64,000 nt of DNA from the NCBI GenBank assembly GCA_012295275.1, contig CM022674.1, positions 15,066,001 to 15,130,000 of the forward strand, read 5' to 3'. Positions 14,655 through 28,594 of the stretch are shown here, in pieces. This DNA is from Chrysomallon squamiferum (lineage: Eukaryota > Animalia > Mollusca). The notes beneath the pieces are model-generated. The model made no database searches and was not told the DNA's origin. It worked only from the letters and a program-made list of their open reading frames with translations. Position numbers and translations under genes: made by a program. Positions within the stretch are counted from its first letter, which is position 1, and each line of letters begins with the position of its first letter.

Positions 14655-16845
14655 TTATTTCTTTCACTCTCTCTCCGTCTTTGTCTTTCACTGTTTCTCT
14701 CTGTTTTTGTCTTTTTCTCCTTTTCTGTCTCTCTATCTCGCTCTCTGTTTCACTGCCTGAGACTCTATCTATGTTTTTTTTTCAACTATGACTCACAGGC
14801 CAGCAACTGAAGCATACAGAAATATTATATTCAAGTAAAAAGTGGCTCTTTGATGAAAGTAATAAGAATACTGTAGACCAGAGACACGAAGTCTCTGTCA
14901 ACGTTTCGAGTGTCACGCTCAATCAAGAAAACCAGTCTAACTTTTCATTAGACCAGAACTTGATAACCTTGAAGCTCACAAAATAAGAAGAACAAGATTA
15001 AAACTAATAATTGAAAGAAGTGAAAAAAAAATAATGTATGTGGAACAGAAAGCACAAACCTATTATGTGCACTCTGGTTTCCTTTCTATAAAGGGCAAAA
15101 AAAAAAAAAAAAAAAAAAAAAAGAGTTAATTAAATCTCTCACCGATATCCTGTAAAATTGAAGAACCTTTCGCTACCGGCTTTAGTGAGTCTGACATTAG
15201 GAAGGCAATAAAACAATGTAAAGTTGACAGACTACAGCTTTATTAACCGCCGCTGCACCTGATTAAACCAAGCTGTAGCAATATTAACAAGCAACACGCC
15301 TTTCAGTTTGTTCACATCGGCCACGTTGCAATAAAATGCGCTCGAAAAGCCACCGCAGAGTAAATCAGTTTCGGAGGAAGAAGAGATGAAGCAGCAATTG
15401 ACTCGGCTTACTCATCTCCAATCTGTATTTTTGTGTTTGCTTTAGCGGAACATACCTTCCCGTAAGCCAATAACTAATTTGATCATCGTGTTTACCAACT
15501 GCAATGGATCGGCCATTACTAAACTGGATTTGGCTCGGTGTTCCGCCTTCGGCCGCGGAGAACGTGGTTAATAATGGACCGGGATCCTGTCAGCATGTTC
15601 GCGTCTTTGGAGCCGTCTTGTTGGCACACGGGTCCAATAAGGACTGGAAATTCAATTGTGATAAATCAATCCCTGGCGAGCTGTCCTAAATTTAACAAGT
15701 CGTTGCTCTGTGTTTGGGAGACTGCGGCGAGGCGTACAAATGAATTAGGAAGACTCGTGTAGACTCGAGTTAAAGCGAGGATTTCAATGAAAGAGGACGA
15801 CCTCTTTCAAAGCGAAACCCGAGTTTAATTCGAGAATACATTTCTTTTACATTATTAACCGTGTTCATTGCCAGGCGCTGTTTGGAAAGAGTGAAAGAGT
15901 GAAAAATAAGTAGAGGAGAGAAAAGTGAAGATTTAACTGAAGATTGATGTTTTTGAGTTGTTGTTTTTTTCTTCTCTTTTATTCATCTGTTAATCTGAAT
16001 CTTGTTCTTAGCTTTTTGTTCATACATTTCTCTGTTTCGTTTTTCTTTTTTTTTTTTTTTTCTTATGTGTATGTTCTTATCTTATTTATTCGTTATTTCA
16101 TCATTTGATTTGATGCCATCATCTCTTTTTCTAAGTAGGAAATAAAAAATATGAATGTCAAAGAGAAAGGTAGAGGAAGAGAAAAAAGGAAAGAAAACTG
16201 AAAAGAAAGGAAAAAAAAACAAATGGAAGAGACGAGACTTACACTAATAACCAAAAAAAATAATAATAATAATGAAAAAAGAGAAAGAAACGAAATGATA
16301 GACATAAAAAGAATATAACAACAATTTTAACGATGAATGAAATAACAAAATAAATATTAAACGGTTTAACAGAGAAATGCTAACTTTAAAATGAAACCTT
16401 GTTATCAGAATACGACAACAGTTGATTTCAGTAACTAAACTTATTACGGAAGATTTAAAATTTTCATGGGATTTTACACGCCACAATTCCTGCTATACAC
16501 ATTCTTACATAAAAAAAAGAAAAAAAACCTTGTTGTTCTTAGAAGCTAATTTCTGTTTGTGACAGGTATTTAGTTGTGCATTTCGAGATTCTGTACACAT
16601 CAGTCAATCACTGGTGCAGTCAGATATGTTAGTACAGGGAAATATCCAATTTTACTGTCACACGATAACGCTCTATGTTCCCAAATGATATGTCTGCAAG
16701 ATAAATATTCTTCCATAATAACTGATTTGGTTGCAGCTGGCTGCAGCAAACAAAGAGGAGCGGACACAAGGGGAGGGGTCTAGGAGGCTGCAGCAAGGAT
16801 GTCCTGTTTTTTTTTTGTATATTATCAGTGTAAAGACGACGTGAT

Positions 16846-17221
<376 letters not shown>

Positions 17222-19036
17222 TTCTGTGTCTTTATCTTTCTATATAACTTAGACTTCTTAATACATAAAATAATAAGCCATTAGTGTTCCACTTTTATTC
17301 TGACAAACAAGTAGGTGTTGGTACTGCCTAAAACACCGAGTGTAAATCAAACGGAACCGCCCCTCGCAGTTTCACAGAAAGAGTGATGTAATGATACATT
17401 TACTACAGATATATTACATGACTGGCGAAATGGAAATTTTTATTACAATTACGCCATAATTGACAGTCTTTGGCATGTTTCAAATAACAATTTGAACTTT
17501 GTGAAATTGCCGTTCTTTTATCGATATGAAATTGACATTTTTTGACATTTCAAAAAATTACTTATGTGACACGTACGAAATTGCATGGAGTTTTCGGTCT
17601 TTGGGAAAGGTTCTGATAAAAGATTCCACTTCTCAAACTGATATGAGTAGCACAGATTTTATTATTTGTCTTGTTATTTTACAAGACAGAAAAAAACAAA
17701 CAAAAACAAACAAAACAAATCAGAATATATTATTATCACTGATATCTAACAACAGTTACTATTAAAAACAGTTGAGGTATCGTTATACAAGTATTCATTA
17801 TTTTATTTTAATTCACACCTCAATTTGTTTTATTTGTTTATTCATTCATTCATTCATTCATCCATCCATTTATTCATTCATTTATTAATTCATCTACTGA
17901 TTCATTCTTTAATTAAATCATCTATCCATTCATGCATTCATCCACCCTGCCATCTATTCTTGCTTTCTTTCTTTCTTTCTTTCTTTTTTTCTTTCTTTCT
18001 TTCTTTCCTTCATTTATATATATTACATGCATCGAACTTCCATCTTCTTCTCCTAACGGTTTCTCTTCGTGATTCCCCCCCCCCCTCAATGAATGAATGT
18101 TTATTAGAAACGTTTCATTCGCCTTAATAAAGCAAAACAAATTTACACTGCATGTAATCACTTGAACATTACGTGAACTAATAACACAAAGACATTAACC
18201 TAATACGACTTTATTTCCATAGTAAAGACGTGTTTGTTGTGCACAAGACGATTTAGATGGATGGATGCACGGAAATAATGTAATGTAAATTTGAACAGCA
18301 AATGTAATAATAAACAGTCAGGTTTTCTTCGTAACGTTGGTTGTGAGTGCAGCTGTAGCTTTCTACGTTGGTTTGTGATTATACATCGATGTGTGGTATT
18401 TAATATTGTTTAGTTAAAGGAAATATAAAATAATAATAATAATAAGAAGAAGAAAATAATAAAAGCAAAGAGAAAGTATTCCAATTCAAAAAAAAAAAAA
18501 ATATAATCCCCTCCCTTAAAGTATATGTTTATAAATTTAAAAAAAAAAAAAAATAATAATAATAATAAATAAATAAATAAATAAATTGAATAAAATGACT
18601 AGTTTAACCAACAACAGCAACAACAACAACATCAAAAACAAGATAAAAGACCTTACAACTTGATTTTAAAAAATAACATACCTTACTTTTTTGTAAACCA
18701 TGAATAGCTAAGTAAGTTTGAATTTTAAAAGTGTTATGTTTCAGATCATTGTTTCTAATGATGATGATGCTGATGATGATGTTGATAACAACAACAATGA
18801 TACTAACAACAGCAGCGGCAGGGACAGCTGTAGTAGTTGTAGCAGCACAGGCGGTAGTAATAGTAGTAGTAGTAGTAGTAACAGTAGTATTCGAAATATT
18901 TTTACCAGTATAGGCTGTAGTAGTAGCTGATATAATACACGCAGTTGCTTTTGTCGTTTTACCAATGATAACGTCGATACTGTTTTATAAGTACATAAGC
19001 AGAATTGTAGATTTTTCATCTTATTTTATTTATTTT

Positions 19037-19070
<34 letters not shown>

Positions 19071-20051
19071 AGAAGATTTTGGACATTACGACATTGCGGC
19101 AGTAAACAATCTTAAATAAAAAATAAGTCACAGTTTTTATTAACATAAAAAAAAAGTAAAATGAAATAGCAATCCTTTCTTTCATTTGGTACAGATTTTT
19201 GGGCGATGACACAAGATTATGGATTGGAATGGAAAGAAGTACTTGCGTAAGAGAGTCTTTGAAAACGATCAAAGACGGATAAATTTAATTCGACTTCAAT
19301 GATGTTGCACGCGTATTACGTTTCGATTAAGACGCGATATGCTAAATGAGATGTGAAATGCGTTTGGTTTCGAGGCTGCGAGTAGACTGGTTGAAAACCC
19401 AGTAAACGAATTTTACGTTGTGTGGCGTAACAAAATAACATATTAGTCTAAACACTTTTTTCGTTCTTCTGTTGCTTCCTTCCTTTCTTCTTCTTTTTTC
19501 CAAACATTACTTTTTAGTTTCCTGCGTCTTTTTTTGTTCTTCTTCTTCAGTGTTTTTTTTTTTTTTTTGTTTCTTTTCATCTTTCTTTCAGTTTCGTTTA
19601 TTTTATAAATCGTTTCTTTCTCGCTTGATTAATTCATTGATTTACTTATCTATCCATCAGTAGTGCTAGCTATTACTACTACGACTACGTCTACCACTAC
19701 AGCAACAACAACAACTACTACTATTACTACTACGACTATTTCGTTTACTACTACGACTACCACTACCGTTACTACTAATACTACGTCTACTACTACAGCA
19801 ACAACAACAACAACTACTACTATTACTACTTTGACTATTTCGTGTACTACTATCACTACCACTACCGTTACTACTAATACTACTACTACAAGACCTGCTC
19901 TTTGTACTACTATAGATACTACAATTATTACTACCTCCTATATTACAACGTCTTCTACTACTACATCTGTGACTAGTGCTACTACCACAACTGTTACTTC
20001 AACTGTAGTACTCCTATCAGCCATAATTTTTACATACACACACAGACACAT

Positions 20052-20092
<41 letters not shown>

Positions 20093-20945
20093 CGCGCACA
20101 CACACATTTACGGATAATATTTTTTTCATTAATTTAACGATCCATTATTAGCTGACATTTTACCCGTATTCTAATTTTTTAATATGTTATCGGATGAGAA
20201 AGCTATAAAATATTACAAACTGATAAAATATATTATATATCGGCAGCCTGCGATAAAACTGTGATTAACATTTTACAGGCTTTCAAAACTCACAGCACTT
20301 CGTACAAAAATACCAGATGTAGTTTTCTGCACTGTCATGATGATCGAAAACTTGCGATACGAAAATACTTCATTCTGTCGGATTACTTTATAAATAAAAC
20401 CAAACTGATGATGCTGTCACAACAGCTGCGACACTGGTCATACATTTAAAAAAAAAACTCTTGTTTTTTTAAATAAAAAAACAAAGAATAAAATATAAAA
20501 AGAAAACGAATATTTACTGTGTTGAAGAAAAGCCTAATTATTTACGGATCAATGTGGCTCTGCTGGAATATGCCATAACCCGTATTTTTCTATGATTTTT
20601 TTTATCTTTTATTTTATTATTTTACTTCTTTTGTTGGTTTATTTATCGCTTGTTTCATACATTTAAACTCATATCATCTCCATTATTGTTTTAAAGTTTC
20701 ATATCATGTTCATTTTTGTTTAAATGTATTATTGTAAAATTCATGAGTTTAATAATAATAATAATAAATCACGTTAACAATAATAACAACAATAATAATA
20801 ACCATAACAACATAAAAAAAAATAAGAACAACAACAACATAATCTATCTCAGAGAAAACCTATGTATCTGTTTTACACACCTACCTACCTACTATCTATA
20901 CCCATCTGTTTTCTAACTATCCATCTGTCTATCTGTTTCTCTCAC

Positions 20946-20977
<32 letters not shown>

Positions 20978-21495
20978 CATATACACACACACATATATTT
21001 TGTACCTCTGTCTATCTTTCTGTCTATCGATCAATCCACATAAAGTACTTCTAGAAATTAAACGAGTTTTTGTTATTGCTGTCTGACACAGTTATCAAAA
21101 TAGTCCAATTCTTTCATCTCACATTGGAAATGATATATTGTACGTACATCTCAACACTCACTAACAGCATCGTGCTAAATGGACAACAAATTGATTACTC
21201 AAGGCCTTGACGGAGACTTCGTTTCTGGCAGACAAACTGATAGTGTTTGCTGAAATGATTTTTGATAGCTTACACTGGCACATTACGAAAATGAAAAGAA
21301 TATTCGTATTAAGATATTTTATTTTTTCGCCTTGAAATAAACTCAATACAGTTTTGTATTTATTGTTGTTGTGATTGCTATTATTGTTATTGTTGTTATT
21401 GTTATTATTATTGTTGTTGTTTTTGTTGTTATTGTCATCATCATCATCATGTTCGTTATTTCGATTATTATTATTATTATAACCATTATTATTAC

Positions 21496-21531
<36 letters not shown>

Positions 21532-22477
21532 TATTGTTATTATTATTATTATTATTATAATAATTATTATTATTATTATTATTTTATTATTATTATTATT
21601 GATTTCGTTGTTGTTGCTCTTGTTGTTTTAAAACATATGTCTGTCTATCTCTATATCTGTCTTCTTATTTATCTATTTGTTTCTCTATTAATCCATCTGT
21701 TTGTCTTCCGGTATATCTATCCGTTTGTGTTTGTCTCTATTTATCTGTCTATCTATCAATCCATCCACCTGTCAATCATACATCTGTCCATCCCTCCATG
21801 TGCTCTGAGTTTTAATAATTCTATCTCACTCTACACTCGCTTCAGTGGTCTGTGTTTTTCGTTCTCTCTCGTCCCTCTAATTCGGTGTGATTTGGACGAC
21901 GCATTCTGATCAGCTGGCCTGAAGAGCGTAAAGACACGCCACGGTTAACTCATTTAGACGTTCGCAATACAAACAAGCAATCTTTTGGATGACTACAAAA
22001 ATCTGATTACGGAAATGTCTTTCTGTGTTTCAAATAATCTTTTCTCTTCGCTGGGCATTCCCGTTAGACGAGGGGATATTTGCTTAACGGGAGCCGGGCG
22101 GACGCATTGTGCAATACGACTCAACCAACAAACCTGCTGTAATTGTAACCGAGTTCACGAATAAACAGGAGGACTGCCACGTGAAAGTTTGTTTCAAGAT
22201 GGCGCGAGGGTGCTTTGTTCGTCTGCTTCGACGTGGAATGAGCAAGAAGATCGGCACGTGTTTTTTTTTTTTTTTACGGACGTGGCCGACGCTTTATTTG
22301 AGCCATCAGATTAAATACACATCGAGAAAAATTAGTCTTCATGTAGCCTTTATTCAGAGCTGTTACGTCAGGAACGAGCGGTATGGATTAATGGTAGAGT
22401 GGTCGTTCGTGAAGGGGGCGCGCTTGAAAAAACGTCTTAGCTCAATAAAATGTACGATTTAGTAGTAATATCCGTTA

Positions 22478-22531
<54 letters not shown>

Positions 22532-25500
22532 TTTTGATGATGTTAGTTCGTTAATTTGTTGATTTCTTTTCTGATCACCCTCTGATCATATTTAGTTAAT
22601 TATATATTTCTTTAGTTCGTATAAATAATCATTCGTTTTCAAACATTATATTTGTATAACGATGATATTACAGAAGATGTTGTTGTGGTAGTAACAGTAG
22701 TAGTAATAGTAGTAGAAGTATAGTATCAGTCGTAGTAACTTTTCGACTGGTATCAAGGCACAAAACACATTGTATATGCACGTTCTTATGCATTTGATAA
22801 ACTAGCTGATGTCGAGCAATGCTGGATCGGAAAATAAACTCAGAGGGGAAATAATCGCATGAAAGGATTGATCTCGAAATTTATCACGCCTCAAGATGAA
22901 AGTTTGTCACTGATCTACAGCCGAATGCGAAAAATAAACAGAGACTGCACACTAACATTATTCTGTCCAGTACAAATTACATTGTTTCGATTTTAATGAC
23001 TAAGAAGAGATTTTGTTCTTTTTTGTTTAGTTTTAACTTGTTGTTGTTTTTGTTGTTTTTTTTTTTTTTTTTTTCTTTTGGTCCAGTAGAAAATGAGATT
23101 GAGTATGTGTATTATTTTCCTATCTAGAACGAAATAGGCCCGTATAAGAAAATACATTTGACGTTTCAAGCTAACAATACTGACTAATGTTACATTTAAA
23201 TGGCTTTCTTCATGTCTTCGAAACTGAGTTAAAAAATGGCAAAACATCCATTTAACAGAAGCTATAAAAAAATTGGATTACTCTGACACGAACAACAACA
23301 TTAACAATAACATCATCGACACAAAATCAACAAATTCAACAACAACAACAACGTCAGCAGCAACGAAAATAACAAGAAACAAAGAAAACAGACAGCAACA
23401 CTGGCAGAAACAAGAATAAAAACATTAAACAACAACACAGAAATGCTTGGCGTCGATCTTGTAATCTCATTCACCATAAATGACGACACTAAACTTTTTA
23501 ATTTAAATTCTGTTAATTTGGAAGTAAACACCTGTGTCTTTTCAAAGTTCTTCACGTCTCTGTTGACCTGTTTGGACTCTCAACGATTTTTCTTCTTCTT
23601 TCTTTCTCAAGAGAATCTCGAACTACATGCAGCCTCTTTCCCATTGAAAAAAAAAATAAAAAAAATAAAAATAAAAAACCACTAAGAAACATTTCTTCGA
23701 ACTCCGAGCAGACGTACTTGCTGGTAATTAAAATAATATTACAGCTTTTCACAGTAATGTCAATCAGTGACCATTCTTTTGGTCATTTTTTTTTTCCCTA
23801 GTCCTTTTGACGATTTTTCCCCCCTCTCTCTCTCTCCAGTAAGCTTGTGGATGGTGGCAACTCATTATGGTTGACAGGTTTTCGTTTCTTTACCATCGTC
23901 TTTCTGGCGAGAATCAATGAAAAGCGACAACCCTGAAGATTTGCAGGATTTGCCACATGTCAAACTATTACTTTTTTTCTTTCTTCAGTTTTCTTAAAGG
24001 GGCCATCACATCCAAATCAGCGTGTAAAATCTTAACGAAAGCAACGGATTTCAAAATGGCAAGAGATAATCTCTTAATGTCCGTGAAGATGTAAAATAAA
24101 ATAAATTAAATTGAAGATATAGTTTTTAAAATTTGAACAATTTGTTTTTATATATATATATATCTAACTCACAAATGTACTATCAAAGTCAAACAGAAAG
24201 TACTGAAGATGCAATAAACAGCAAAGTATTTAACGTTTCCGTTTATCAGTTAAGCAAATTAAAACAAATTAAAACATATCGTTGTAAATGTAATCCAAAT
24301 GTTCTATTAATTTTCAGTGAAAAATCTTTTGTGATATTAATACTTGAATTATTCACACTTTTTAAAGGAAATTCACAACATTGTAGTGAAGGAAGACAGA
24401 TGTTAATTTGTTTTTCTTTTATTTATTTTTTATTTACGAAAGGAAGATAAATGGATCCATTGTTTTGATTAAGAAAGATCTTCTTACCGGGACTTCGTAT
24501 TTGGTCACTGTTAAGTTTCTAACTGAAAAAAAATGTTTAGATTCTACTGTATAATTTCTCAAATTTGACCGAATTACTAACAAAATTAAAATAATTATGT
24601 TTGTTTAACAGTTACGAGAAAAACCCATTCACTCACTTTTGAGAAACTGACAATAAGTAAACCAGTCATGGGACATTTATTCATTTATTCATTGATTCAT
24701 CATGTTTGATTGCTCATTATTTTACTATTCAAGTATTTATTCACATTCACTCTATCTTTCTTTAAATTTACTTCCTTCATTTTTTTTTCTCTTTTTTTTT
24801 AATTATTTTTTCTTTGTTGTCTTTTTTATTCTCTTTCTTCTTCTTTCTTTTTTTCAATTCCTTTCCTTTGTTTTATTTCTACTTTCTTCTTTCAATCTGT
24901 GTTCGTCCTCTCTTTCTCTCACCCCCATCTTTCCTTTTCCCTTCTTCTTTTTTCTTTCTTTCTTTCTTTCTTTATTTATTTGTCTTATTTATTTATTTAC
25001 ATATTTATTTATTTATTTATTTATTTATTATTTTATTATTTTATTATTTTATTTTATTTTACTTATAGTTTTGTATATAAGCAGCTACGCATGTTATTTA
25101 AACATCTACTCCACGCTGCTACATTATCCTGTTTCCCTCTTTCAGTTGTTTCCTGACCCGCTCCTGCCTGGTAATGAAATGAATGTTCAGTTATTTTTCT
25201 TCGCGCTTTAACATGCTAAACCCAGAAGTAAAAAATATCAGCACATTAATCAATTTAACTCGCCTTGCCTGACAAGTGAAATAATAAAAAAAAAAAAAAT
25301 AAAAATAAAAAATAAAAAAAATAAAGAAATGAAATTGACTGACGGGAAAGAAATGTCACTTAGTGTGTTTTCAGTTTGAAAAACCAGTGGCAAAGAAGAG
25401 AAAAATTATATTAAATTTAAAAAAAATATATATATATAAAAATATGAAGGTTGGAAATCCTCAATTGACCCGAGTAAGATAATTAAGAAAAGCGTTGAAT

Positions 25501-27294
25501 TTCTTTTTATGTCTTTTAGTAAATACTTTCGTCATTAAAGGATTTGGGATTGAACTGTATTAAAATTTAAAAGAAGAAGAAGAAAAAGATAAAGAAGAAA
25601 ATGATCTTATACGTTTTTATGTTAAATAAAGATTTAAATTAAAGAGGTGAGAAAAAGATAACAAATATTATCATTGCTAATGGGAATCTTTTTTATTATT
25701 TTTAAATATATATTTTCCTTTATTTAACTGCTTATTTATATTTTTAAATAACTCTATACTTATACAAACGCAACCAAAATATTTTATCACACTATGTATT
25801 ATGTATTTACATAACGTGTATATATGTATGTCTGTATGTCTGAAAGTATGTATGTATATATAAATGTATAATTACAGAATAAATTTACACAACACAGACA
25901 CACATATCCATAAATGTAAATAAATAGCTACAGATATTTATAGGCACATAAATATACACATACATACTGCTTTTTGAAATTACCAAATTTTCAAATCGAT
26001 GGTCGTTGTGAATGGCAGTCCATGACAAAATTAATATTGGCTTGCTATTAATAAACAATTTAACTGATTTAATTTTCTTCAAAGCAAACAACACCTATCG
26101 ACCGTATTTGAATACTGCTATATAATCTCTCTGTCGATTTTCATTTCAAAATATTAATGCTGAGGAAATTGAAGGGCACATAAATCAGAAAATATAAATA
26201 TAACCAGAGGCAGATCAGGAGTTGTTTATGGGAGAGGTGTCGAATTAACACAGTGACCTTAGCGTTAGTGTCCTATAACGCTGTTATTAATAGTTTGCTT
26301 ATTGTAACGTTCCGTTTCTGGGTGATTTAACAGTGTGAAAAAGTGCTGCGAGTTTTCACTGAAAGTTTCTGTAAAAAGTTTGGTGAATGTGGAAATAATC
26401 GTGTTTTATGGTTTAGCTAGAACGGAATTCAAAGTAAAACGTAGTCAACAAACATGTTTGGTATTGTTTGAATCTCAGTATAAGTTAGGATTAAGACTAC
26501 TTTCCTTTGAATTCATTTATTGCTTCTGTTTTCAGTTATTTTTACCTTTGATTATGTACATTATATTATAAACGTATATACATACACACACACACACACA
26601 CACATATATATATGTGTGTAAAATTATATTTTATAAAACACAAACCTTTGCATTTTTCCCATTATCGTATCTTTTTCCTTTTTTTCTTTATTTAATCATT
26701 CAGCCATCATATATTTCTTGTTCCTTCGTCATCCACCATTACATCTTTCCCGCCATTTCTACAGCGCAAAGAACCAGACTGATCGAGTTTAAAGATTACG
26801 TCATAATCTAATTTGGTAAATAACCCAATCAATAAAAGCGAGATAAAGCGGTGTTCACTCAATTTGAACCCATTAGAAATGTCCGCTCGTTATGTTCGGC
26901 TGTTTGCTAATGTGATTGGTTCAGACAGTTTTAGCAGCGGACATTAAAAGAAAGGAAAAGTGAAAACAACCTGAACGATCTTTGTAATCGATACGTTAAT
27001 AAGGTTTGAAAGAATAAAAATCCCAGAAGAAGAAGAAAAAATAAATAAATAAATAAATAAATAAATAAACTTAAAAGTGTAAGAATAAATGAGATTTGCG
27101 AAATAAATGAAGACAGCTGTAATAACGATAACAATGGTAACAGCAACAACGACAGTGACTACAACTGCTACTGATGCTGTTAGTTTGACTGTTACTGTGC
27201 TGTACTACTATTACAGTAACATTAGTGTCAATGATAACGACAGCAACAACGAAGATGATGATGAAAAGAACATTAACAGAATTAACTAACTGTA

Positions 27295-27325
<31 letters not shown>

Positions 27326-27374
27326 ATTCGTATCTTACAGTATGTAACTAATATCCACGTCCACAATAAAACAC

Positions 27375-27650
27375 ACTTTGGAGATAGTAATATTTGAGCA
27401 CTAACTTTAGAAATAGTATCATTTGAGCCATAACTTTAGAAACAGGATCGTTTGAGCACTAACTTTAGAAATAGTATCATCTGAGCACTAACTTTAGAAA
27501 TAGTATCATTTGAGCAATATCTTTAGAAATAGTATCATTTGAACACTAACTTTATAAATAGTATGTTTAGAACACGAACTTTAGAAATAGTATCTTTTGA
27601 ACAATATCTTTAGAAATAGTATCATTTGAACACTAACTTTAGAAATAGTA
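27375..27650 (+). repeat. 29-bp minisatellite, about 9 copies (cactaactttagaaatagtatcatttgag)
   Basis: Directly visible tandem units with low divergence. Confidence 0.93.
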
Positions 27651-27764
27651 AAAATAATGTACGTTTGCACAGATGTGATCGATGATTAAACATAACATTT
27701 TCTAGTAACTTTAAAACCTCTCGCGACTGGACTAACGTGACAGGCTGAAATAAGCGCGCCTAAC

Positions 27765-28300
27765 TGACGTTATTCAATAGAAGGCAATGTACGAGAGGCC
27801 ATAACTGCCATTTGTACGTTAACGTATTTTCTTGTTCAACAGCAAGGCGATGTACGGAAAACCAAAACTGCCATATTTATATTGACGTATAATCTTGTTC
27901 AGTAGCAATCAATGTACTGGAGAACATAACTGCCACCTTTATATTGACGTATTTTCTTGTTCAGAAGTAGGAAATGTACGGGAGGCCATAACTGTCATTC
28001 TTACACTGATATATATTTTTTCAATAGCAGGCAATCCTCAGGAAGACATAATTGTAATATTTACAATGACGTACATTCTTGTTCAGTAGCAGGCAATGTA
28101 CGGGAGGCCATAACTGCCATTTTAACATTGATGAATGTTGATCAATATCGGCAAACATGCTGGAAGCCATAACTGCCAATTTCATTTACTTGTTCAGTAG
28201 TAATCTATGGAAGACCATAACAGTAATTTTTTACACCGTTGTGTGTCGTTAAACGCCCCTAAGGTTACGGAAGGCCATGACTGTCAATTTTACTTTGATG
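27765..28300 (+). repeat. ~62-bp diverged minisatellite, about 9 copies (tgacgtattttcttgttcagtagcaggcaatgtacgggaggccataactgccatttt..)
   Basis: Unit starts at 27883, 27945, 28007, 28067 and 28129 give a 60-62 bp period. Confidence 0.88.
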
Positions 28301-28479
28301 AATGCTGTTGTTTTATTGACAAAATTGTGCTCATCCGTGCTCGTCTCGTTTCTATGTGTGTTGACCTTTCACAAATAAAACTGTTTGAATTATGTGTACA
28401 CATGAAGTAATATTAACTTATTTCAAATATTTTACATTTTTTTTCTCATCCCTGTTTTGTTTTGCGTGCTTCAACGATT

Positions 28480-28522
<43 letters not shown>

Positions 28523-28547
28523 TTTGTTTGTTTATTTATTTATTTAT

Positions 28548-28594
<47 letters not shown>

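Noticed and set aside
19663-20151. 162-aa Thr-rich ORF resembling a mucin
   Set aside because: Degenerate (ACT)n repeat running into (CA)n, with a non-ATG start, no signal peptide and no credible splice sites.
27375-28300. Regular repeats resembling a CRISPR array
   Set aside because: Units are head-to-tail without unique spacers, there are no cas genes, and the context is eukaryotic.
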